A stretch of 50,699 bases of DNA. Source: Armatimonadota bacterium. Lineage in GTDB: Bacteria > Armatimonadota > SYMT01. The notes beneath the pieces are model-generated. The model saw nothing but the letters and a program-made list of their open reading frames with translations. It was not told the origin of the DNA and searched no databases. This document shows, piece by piece, positions 40,662-47,515 of this stretch. The position numbers were made by a program, and so were the translations under genes. Each line of letters starts with the position of its first letter. Position 1 is the stretch's first letter. The DNA is taken from the NCBI GenBank assembly GCA_046292385.1, contig JBKBRF010000048.1:1-50699 (forward strand). Reading direction: 5' to 3'.

Positions 40662-41414
40662 TTAAACCTCCCGGTTGCCCTCTCCGCGAGCGGTGTAGGT
40701 CAGGTCGTCCGTCTCGTCATAAGTGTCCACGTCTGCCGCGCCGGTGGTCGGGCTGCCGTACGACTGGTAGCCGCTCGGCATGGTGTGGCCCTCGGTGCGC
40801 GCGCCGTAGGCGGTGCCGCCGCCGGTGTAGCCGCCCTGGCCAGAGCTCTCGGGCCGGTATCGGTACCCTTCCAGCTCGCGGCGGGTAGGCCGGCCGCGGA
40901 CCATCCAATCCGGGTGGCGGCTCTGGCCGGTGTAGTCGTCCGGAACCCCGCCGCCGGACGAATACGACGCGGACGACGAAGAGCTCTTCAGGAACCGCGC
41001 CGCCAGGAAGCCGAGCACCAGCGCGCCGCCGATCAGCAGCGTCGGCTGCCGCCGGGCGAAGTTCTCCACTTCCCGGACCATGTCTTCGACATCGTGCTCC
41101 CGCAGGTAGCCGGACAGGTTGTCCGCCACGTCGCCAGCGGCAGTCATGCAGTTGCCGAGCACCGGCTGCTGCTCCTGAAGCTTGCCGCCGGTCTCCCGGA
41201 ACGCGTCGGCGACGGTATGTAGGCTCTCCGCCGCGCGGTCCTTCTGCTGCGAGGCCTGGGTCTTGATCTGGTCTTTCGCCTTATGGGCGAGCTCGCTCAC
41301 GCCCTGCGTGGCACTCTGCATCGTTTCGCGGGTCGTCTCTTTGGCCTGCTCCATCATCGAGCCGCTGCCGCTGTTCCCGCTCCACGAGGTCTGGTTTCCA
41401 GCACTCTGCTCCAC
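40662..41414 (-). CDS. ElaB/YqjD (DUF883)-like stress protein
   Basis: Helical N-terminus, VENFARRQP.L.IGGAL.LGFLAARFLK anchor; GTG start with GGAGG RBS. Confidence 0.75.
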   Translation of the reverse strand: MEQSAGNQTSWSGNSGSGSMMEQAKETTRETMQSATQGVSELAHKAKDQIKTQASQQKDRAAESLHTVADAFRETGGKLQEQQPVLGNCMTAAGDVADNLSGYLREHDVEDMVREVENFARRQPTLLIGGALVLGFLAARFLKSSSSSASYSSGGGVPDDYTGQSRHPDWMVRGRPTRRELEGYRYRPESSGQGGYTGGGTAYGARTEGHTMPSGYQSYGSPTTGAADVDTYDETDDLTYTARGEGNREV

Positions 41415-41496
41415 GGTGTTTTCCTCCCTCCACTCACATCCAGCTCGTCTCCGGCGCGCGTAGGGCCTGCCCGAACGCGCCGGGAGACGATAGGCT

Positions 41497-41524
41497 CTTC
41501 CCGGTAAGCGCCGTTCACAAAACC
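41497..41524 (-). promoter_or_regulatory. SigB/SigF-like promoter of the stress operon
   Basis: GGTTT-N17-GGGAAG on the minus strand. Confidence 0.5.
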
Positions 41525-41587
41525 CGCCCCCCCAGCGGGCAACCCGCCGATACCGGACCGGGAAAGAGCCGGCGAAAGAGGAGCTTG

Positions 41588-42499
41588 ATGGCCCGACATC
41601 TCTACCTGCACTCCGAAGACCTGGACGGCTGGCTGGCGCCGCACAACCACGAGATCCCGGCCCGCTACGTGGCGCTCCTCTCCCGGCTGGAGGGGCTCTC
41701 GGTGGAGGCGGGCGGCGAGCGCCACGAGCTGCGGATCGTGCTGAACAGCGGCAAGTCGCCGGCCTACCTGGAGGCGCAGGCGGCGCGCTTCGGCGGAGGG
41801 CACCTGATCGGCTGTATCGGCGCTGCCTACAGGGCGGTCGGCGGGCCGACTCACCGGGTGGCGCCGCCCACCGACGACTTCCGCCGCCTGCGGCAGCTGC
41901 TGGGCTTGCCGGAGCGGCAGACCGGCGTGCTCCCGGTACCCGGCGCCGGGGAAGCGGTCGAGCTGGTGGCGGAGGAAGGGAAGCAGGACGAGCACGGCGA
42001 CCTGGTGCTGACCCTCTTCCCGGAGCCGGAGCCCGTGGCGCACCGCTGGCGCTTCCGCGGGGGGCTGGACCGGCACGAGCTCTGCCGCCGAGTGCGGGAG
42101 GCGATCGAGGGACATCGGCTGGCGCTGCACGCCTACCCTCCTCACGGCGACGGCGGGCTCGACATCGTCCCGATCGCCTTCGGCCGCCCGCTGGGGAAGT
42201 GGACTCTCCCCTGGATCGCCCGGCAGCTGTTTCCGGAGTCGACGCTCTACGTCACGCACGGCGGCGACTCCGGTACCGATCTCCCCGCGCTGGAGGAGCC
42301 GGGGGTGCTGCCGCTCACCGCCACCGGCACCGACGTGGTGGACGCCGTCCGGCGGGGCGACGGGTTGGTAGTGGATGGACCCGCGGCCGGGGGACCGGCG
42401 GTACTTCGCTGCTACCGGGCGCTGGCGCGGCGCGGCTTCTACGGCCCGCTCTCTCCGCAGGTGGAGCGGATCTGTGCCGATTTCGGCAATGGAGTGTGA
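41588..42499 (+). CDS. Divergent HAD-superfamily-like protein
   Basis: DLDG motif I, LNSGK motif II, K...GDSGTD motifs III/IV. Confidence 0.6.
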   Translation: MARHLYLHSEDLDGWLAPHNHEIPARYVALLSRLEGLSVEAGGERHELRIVLNSGKSPAYLEAQAARFGGGHLIGCIGAAYRAVGGPTHRVAPPTDDFRRLRQLLGLPERQTGVLPVPGAGEAVELVAEEGKQDEHGDLVLTLFPEPEPVAHRWRFRGGLDRHELCRRVREAIEGHRLALHAYPPHGDGGLDIVPIAFGRPLGKWTLPWIARQLFPESTLYVTHGGDSGTDLPALEEPGVLPLTATGTDVVDAVRRGDGLVVDGPAAGGPAVLRCYRALARRGFYGPLSPQVERICADFGNGV

Positions 42500-42564
42500 C
42501 CTCCCTCACCGGGTGGGGCGGTAGCCGCTCCCCGCGGGAGCAACACTCGACTCGGAGGTGCCGC

Positions 42565-43317
42565 ATGCGTCGATTACGGGTCGTCCCCCTGCTCCTGCTG
42601 CTTCCGCTCCCCGCGCTCCTGGCCGGCCCCCAGGCCGCCGCGCAGCTCAAGCCGGATCCGCCCGCGCAGCCGGCCGGCTGGAAGCCGGGATCGGAGGCGC
42701 GCGCCGCGGCGAGCGGCGGGGCGCGCATCGTCCGGGAGTTTGTCTGGGGCCAGGCGCTGGAGCCGGCCAGCGGCGTCTTCCGCCTGCGCGCGATCGACCG
42801 CACCTGGGGCGAGGACCCACAGTCCCGCGACGAGCTCGGCGAGTGCCTGGCCCGGGTGGAAGTGCCCGCGGAAAAAGCCGAGTACTACGTCCGGTTCAAG
42901 CACCTGCGCCGGATCGGAAAGCGCCGGCCGACGATGGGCGGCGTGATGGTGAACCATGCCCTCTTCGGCGACACCGAGCTGGGCGGCCCCGGCCTCTTCC
43001 CGCGGCTGAAGGCATACGTGGCGGTCTGGGGCCTCGCGGACGTGGAGAAGAACGGAAAGGTGATCGGCCGGAACCGCAGCGCGCTGGCGTGGGTGGGGCA
43101 GGGCGCCCGCGGGGAGGACGGCCGCTGGCTCTACGAGGCCGATCCGGAGCAGGTCACCGCGCACCTGGTCGTCTTCGGCAGCCTCGGCCACGGCGCGCCC
43201 CTGCAGCAGACCCGCGACGGCTTCCTCCACTTCGAGTGGCCCGCCGCCAAGGTGATCGCCCCCGGTTTCGCGCACGACCCGGCGAAGCCGGCGTCCACGG
43301 TCGCGGCCGGCAAATGA
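42565..43317 (+). CDS. Exported hypothetical protein
   Basis: GGAGGT RBS; Sec-type signal MRRLRVVPLLLLLPL...AAA; beta-rich mature region. Confidence 0.7.
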   Translation: MRRLRVVPLLLLLPLPALLAGPQAAAQLKPDPPAQPAGWKPGSEARAAASGGARIVREFVWGQALEPASGVFRLRAIDRTWGEDPQSRDELGECLARVEVPAEKAEYYVRFKHLRRIGKRRPTMGGVMVNHALFGDTELGGPGLFPRLKAYVAVWGLADVEKNGKVIGRNRSALAWVGQGARGEDGRWLYEADPEQVTAHLVVFGSLGHGAPLQQTRDGFLHFEWPAAKVIAPGFAHDPAKPASTVAAGK

Positions 43318-43347
43318 GCCGGTAGCTTGCCGTTCGCACCGACTGGG

Positions 43348-43495
43348 GCATATTCCGTATTGCGTATCGCATAGCGACGCGCCGGCACCGCCTGGCGAGG
43401 CATCCTGCCCGGCGAGAAGCTGGAAGGCGCCCCGACCAGCACGACGTTTGGGAAGCGGTAGCAGCACTCCGCTACGCAATACGCAATACGCACTA
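43348..43495. repeat. Inverted heptamer-repeat arms
   Basis: TTCCGTA TTGCGTA on the left; TACGCAA TACGCAA TACGCAC on the right; same unit family as 11280-11326. Confidence 0.65.
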
Positions 43496-43587
43496 TCCCG
43501 ACAGGAAGCCCCGCTCCCGGAAGCGAACAGGGATGCGGGTCGCCGGCCCCTTTGCCTGCGCGCGGCCGTTGGCGTGGAGAGCCGCAG

Positions 43588-46245
43588 ATGGCTTCCGGGA
43601 GCCCGGGAAGCTACACGTTCCTGTTTACCGACCTGGAGGGCAGCACCCGGCTCTGGGAAGAATTCCCGGAGCGCGCGCGGTCGCTGCTGCTGCGTCACGA
43701 AGAGCTCCTGCGAGTCGCGTTCGACCGGCACGGAGGACGCGTCTTCAATACCGCGGGCGACGCGCTCCACGCGGTCTTCTCCCTTCCCACGGAGGCGCTC
43801 CGGGCCGCCGCGGAGGCCCAGGCGGCGCTGCGGGCGGAGCCGTGGGGAGAGGGCGGGCCGCTCCGGGTCCGCATCGGCATCCACGCGGGTCCGGCGGAGC
43901 GGCGCGGCGAAGACTTCCTCGGGGTCGCCCTCCACCGGGCCGCGCGGGTGCTCCAGGCCGCACACGGGGGGCAGACGCTCGTCTCCAGCGCGGTGGAGGC
44001 GCTCGCCCGCGACACCTTGCCGCGGGAGCTCGATCTGATCGACCTCGGCACGCACCGGCTCCGCGACCTGGTAGCGGTGGAGCGGCTCTACCAGCTCCTC
44101 CACCCGGAGGTGACGGAGCGCTTCCCCGCGCCGCGGACGCTCAATGCCACCGCCAACAACATCCCCGCGCAAGCGAACCGCTTTATCGGCCGCGAGCGGG
44201 AGCTGAGCGAGCTGCGGGAGCTGCTCCGGGAAACCCGCGCGCTCACGCTCACCGGACCCGGCGGCTGCGGCAAGACCCGGCTGATGCTTCAGCTCGCGGC
44301 GGAGCTGACGGAGGAGTACCCGGACGGCGTCTGGCTGGTCGACCTCTCCGCCGTCACCCAGGGTGAGCTGGTGCCGCAGACCGCCTGTCACGCGCTGGGC
44401 CTGCGGGAAGAGGCGGCTCGCAGCCCGCTGGAGACGCTGCGCAACCACGTCTCCGGCCGCCGGCTCCTGGTCCTGCTCGACAACTGCGAGCACCTGGTCG
44501 ACGCCTGCGCCCGCATGGTCGCCGACCTCCTCGCCGCCGCGCCCGGGATCCGCGTCCTGGCTACCTCACGCGAGGGGTTGAACGTCCCGGGCGAGGCGCT
44601 CTGGCCGCTCCAGCCGCTGGAGCTGCCGCCCGCCTCCGGCAGCCGCGGCCGCGCGAGCGATCCGGCGGAGCTGCTCTCCTGGGACTCGGTCGCCCTCTTC
44701 GTGGAGCGGGCTCGCGCGGCGAAGCCCGACTTCGCGCTCGACGATCGCTCCGCGGCCGCGGTGGCGCAGATCTGCCGCCGCCTCGACGGACTGCCACTGG
44801 CCCTGGAGCTCGCCGCGGTCAAGCTCCGCGTCCTCCCGCCCGAGCAGCTCTCCCGGCGCCTCGATGACCGGCTGGCGATCATCGCGGGAGGGAGCCGGAC
44901 CGCGCCGCCGAGGCAGCAGACCCTGGACGGGCTGATCGCGTGGAGCTATGGACTTCTCGCGCCGCGCGAGCGCCGCCTGTTCCGCCTGCTCTCCGTCTTC
45001 GGCGGCGGGTGGACGCTGGAAGCGGCGGAGGGAGTCGCCGGCCGGCTGCGGGGGCTGCGGCAGCAGGTGCAGCCGGAGGAGGTGCTGGAGCTGCTGACCC
45101 GACTGGTGGAGCAGTCGCTCGTCGTGGCGGAGCTCGACACGGGAGACGCGCGTTACCGCATGCTGGAGACGATCCGGCACTACGCGCGAGAGAGACTGGA
45201 GGAGTGCGGGGAGCTGGAGGCGTGCCGGGACGCTCACGCGGCCTACTTCGTGGAGCTGGCGGAGCTGGCGGAGCCCTCCCTGCGCGGGGTGGACCAGGCG
45301 CGCTGGCTCGACTGCCTGGACGCCGAGCACGACAACTTCCGCGCGGCGCTCACCTGGAGTCTCCAGCAGCAGGACGCCTCAAGCGCGCTGCGCCTGACCG
45401 GGGCGCTCTGGTTCTTCTGGTACACCCGCGGGCACCTGCGGGAGGGCCGGGACTGGTGCAGCCGCGCTCTCCAGGCGGAGACCGCCGCTCCGGCAGAGGT
45501 GGTGGCCAAGGCCTGCAGCGCCGCCGGCAACCTCGCCTGGGCCCAGGGCGACAGCGAAGTGGCGCTCGCCCTGCACCAGCGCAGCCTCGCCCTGCGCCGG
45601 GAGATCGGGGACCGCCGCGGCATCGCCGGCTCCCTCAACAACCTCGGCCTGGTCAGCCGGGAGCGCGGGGACCCGACCGCCGCCCGCGCGTACTTGCAGG
45701 AGAGTCTCGGCCTCTGGCGGGAGCTGGGCGAGCAGCGTCCGGCCGCGACGGCGCTGAGTAACCTGGGCGCGCTCGAGTACGACGCGGGAGAGCTGGCGGA
45801 AGCGCAGGAGCGGTACGAAGAGAGTCTGCGCCTGCTCCGCCGCCACGGAGAGCGCAGCAGCATCGCGGTCACCCTGCACAACCTCGGGGAGATCGCCCGG
45901 CGCCGCGGCGAGCTGGTCCGCGCGGAGGAGCTCTTTCGGGAAAGCCTGCAGCTCCGCGCCGACCTGCAGGACGTCCGCGGCACCCTTCGCGTGCTGCAGG
46001 AGCTGGCCGTGCTCCGGCTGGACCAGGGCCGGGCGACCGAGGCCGCGGAGCTCTTTGCCGCCGCCGCCGCCGCCCGGGAGGAATTGGGCGACGAGGGAGC
46101 CCCGGCGGAGCGCGAGGAGCGGGAGAAGGAGCTCGAGCGGCTCCGGGCGGCGCTGGCGCCGGCGGAGCTCTCGGCTGCCTGGGAGCGGGGACGGGCCACC
46201 ACTTGGCCGGACGCGGTCGCCCACCTGCTAACCGGCCCCACTTGA
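43588..46245 (+). CDS. Class III cyclase-like domain + STAND (NB-ARC-like) ATPase + TPR protein
   Basis: FTDLEGST, GDA, RIGIHAG; FIGRERE, GPGGCGKT, LLDNCEHL, LDGLPLALELAA; TPR repeats (SLNNLG, LSNLG, LHNLG). Confidence 0.92.
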   Translation: MASGSPGSYTFLFTDLEGSTRLWEEFPERARSLLLRHEELLRVAFDRHGGRVFNTAGDALHAVFSLPTEALRAAAEAQAALRAEPWGEGGPLRVRIGIHAGPAERRGEDFLGVALHRAARVLQAAHGGQTLVSSAVEALARDTLPRELDLIDLGTHRLRDLVAVERLYQLLHPEVTERFPAPRTLNATANNIPAQANRFIGRERELSELRELLRETRALTLTGPGGCGKTRLMLQLAAELTEEYPDGVWLVDLSAVTQGELVPQTACHALGLREEAARSPLETLRNHVSGRRLLVLLDNCEHLVDACARMVADLLAAAPGIRVLATSREGLNVPGEALWPLQPLELPPASGSRGRASDPAELLSWDSVALFVERARAAKPDFALDDRSAAAVAQICRRLDGLPLALELAAVKLRVLPPEQLSRRLDDRLAIIAGGSRTAPPRQQTLDGLIAWSYGLLAPRERRLFRLLSVFGGGWTLEAAEGVAGRLRGLRQQVQPEEVLELLTRLVEQSLVVAELDTGDARYRMLETIRHYARERLEECGELEACRDAHAAYFVELAELAEPSLRGVDQARWLDCLDAEHDNFRAALTWSLQQQDASSALRLTGALWFFWYTRGHLREGRDWCSRALQAETAAPAEVVAKACSAAGNLAWAQGDSEVALALHQRSLALRREIGDRRGIAGSLNNLGLVSRERGDPTAARAYLQESLGLWRELGEQRPAATALSNLGALEYDAGELAEAQERYEESLRLLRRHGERSSIAVTLHNLGEIARRRGELVRAEELFRESLQLRADLQDVRGTLRVLQELAVLRLDQGRATEAAELFAAAAAAREELGDEGAPAEREEREKELERLRAALAPAELSAAWERGRATTWPDAVAHLLTGPT

Positions 46246-46270
46246 CGCCGCGCGGCAACAGCGCCACAAT
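46242..46270 (+). promoter_or_regulatory. Sigma70-type promoter of the MPE(F/Y)IPET cassette
   Basis: TTGACG-N17-CACAAT. Confidence 0.6.
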
Positions 46271-46317
46271 GTTCTTGACTGTAGATCTTGCAAGCGAGCG
46301 CCCATCTGGAGGCCTCT

Positions 46318-46740
46318 ATGCCGGAGTTCATCCCCGAGACGATCCAGCCGGTGCCGCTGCCGCCCGCCCCCCCGCCTGAAGGCCAGGGTTGGGGACCGGT
46401 CGGCCTCGAGATCGCCACCAAGCCGGTGGGCCGCGGAGACTTCGTGGTCCTCTACATCGTGATGGACGACGTCCCTCCGGCTGCCAAGCCCGTCACCCTC
46501 AAGATCCACGTGGTCAAATCGTCCGACGGCACCGTGCTGACGCAGCCGAATGACGTCCGAACCTACCTCGAAGATTACCCCCAGGGGGCTATCCCGGTTC
46601 GGAAGAAGATCCATCTCGTGGTGCTGCAGGTGAAGGAGAACGCACCGGAAAGCGCCACGGTCATCGTGAACGCCCACGCTGCCAAGCAGTCCGGCGGCGG
46701 CAATGGTGGCGCCTCCGGCAGCTTCCAGATCAAGGTGTAG
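46318..46740 (+). CDS. Hypothetical protein 1 (140 aa): MPEFIPET leader, Pro linker, beta-rich domain
   Basis: GGAGG RBS before ATG 46318; shares its N-terminus with the next two ORFs. Confidence 0.8.
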   Translation: MPEFIPETIQPVPLPPAPPPEGQGWGPVGLEIATKPVGRGDFVVLYIVMDDVPPAAKPVTLKIHVVKSSDGTVLTQPNDVRTYLEDYPQGAIPVRKKIHLVVLQVKENAPESATVIVNAHAAKQSGGGNGGASGSFQIKV

Positions 46741-46766
46741 CCGCCCGCCAGTTATTGGAGACCGAC

Positions 46767-46919
46767 ATGCCCGAGTACATCCCGGAAACGCCTACCCCTA
46801 CCCCGACACCCCCTCCGCCTCCGCCTCCGCCGACCGAGCCGACGGAGCCGACCGAGCCGACGTCGCCCACCAGCCCCAGCGGCACCAGCGGCGGCACGGC
46901 GCCGTCGACGGGCGGATAG
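46767..46919 (+). CDS. Small protein 2 (50 aa): MPEYIPET leader with Pro/Thr/Ser/Gly tail
   Basis: GGAG RBS; MPEYIPETPTPTPTPPPPPPPPTEPTEPTEPTSPTSPSGTSGGTAPSTGG*; absent from the ORF track. Confidence 0.75.
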   Translation: MPEYIPETPTPTPTPPPPPPPPTEPTEPTEPTSPTSPSGTSGGTAPSTGG

Positions 46920-47026
46920 AGGCGAGAGGCTGCAGCCGGACCGCGCGCCAGTAGATGGAGCGCCGGACGGCGCCCCGCGCTGCCGGCCGCGGACCGCATC
47001 CAGGTGCAGCGGTAAGGAGCTACACG

Positions 47027-47428
47027 ATGCCCGAGTTCATTCCCGAGACCGTGACTCCTGTGCCGGTGCCCCCGGGTTCCGACCCAGGTCCCGCCACCGA
47101 GCCCCAGCAGACGCGTCATTGCGACCACGTCGACCCGACGAAACCGCCTCCGCCGGCGAAGGCCGGCAACCTCGTCTACGTCTGCGTCCAGTTGACGGAA
47201 CGCGCGGGCGCGGATGTGGAGCTCGAGATGGAGACCGGAGGAACGGGCAATCAGTATGTCGCCACCCGCCGCAATCCGAGCTTCAAAGAGGGGGAGCAGG
47301 TGGGCGCAGGCCTCGTCGTCCTGAAGAACCGGGTCGACGACTCCCGGCTCACGATCACCGTGTTCGGTAAGGACGAGCGTGGCCACCGCCTGCCGGGCAA
47401 GACCGCGACGATCGAAATCGAGAAGTAA
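47027..47428 (+). CDS. Hypothetical protein 3 (133 aa): MPEFIPET leader, Pro linker, beta-rich domain
   Basis: AAGGAG RBS before ATG 47027; same leader motif. Confidence 0.8.
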   Translation: MPEFIPETVTPVPVPPGSDPGPATEPQQTRHCDHVDPTKPPPPAKAGNLVYVCVQLTERAGADVELEMETGGTGNQYVATRRNPSFKEGEQVGAGLVVLKNRVDDSRLTITVFGKDERGHRLPGKTATIEIEK

Positions 47429-47477
47429 GCGGCGACCTCCGCAGCGGAGAGGGAAACCGCCGCGGAGGCGGAACTGC

Positions 47478-47515
47478 ACGGGGGAGCGACAACTCGGTCG
47501 CTCCCCCGTTTTGTT
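47478..47515 (+). terminator. Rho-independent terminator
   Basis: 13-bp stem ACGGGGGAGCGAC / GTCGCTCCCCCGT followed by TTTGTT. Confidence 0.8.

Noticed and set aside
46767..46919. Classical RiPP cluster
   Set aside because: No YcaO, radical SAM, lanthipeptide synthetase, peptidase or transporter gene is adjacent; kept only as a weak option.
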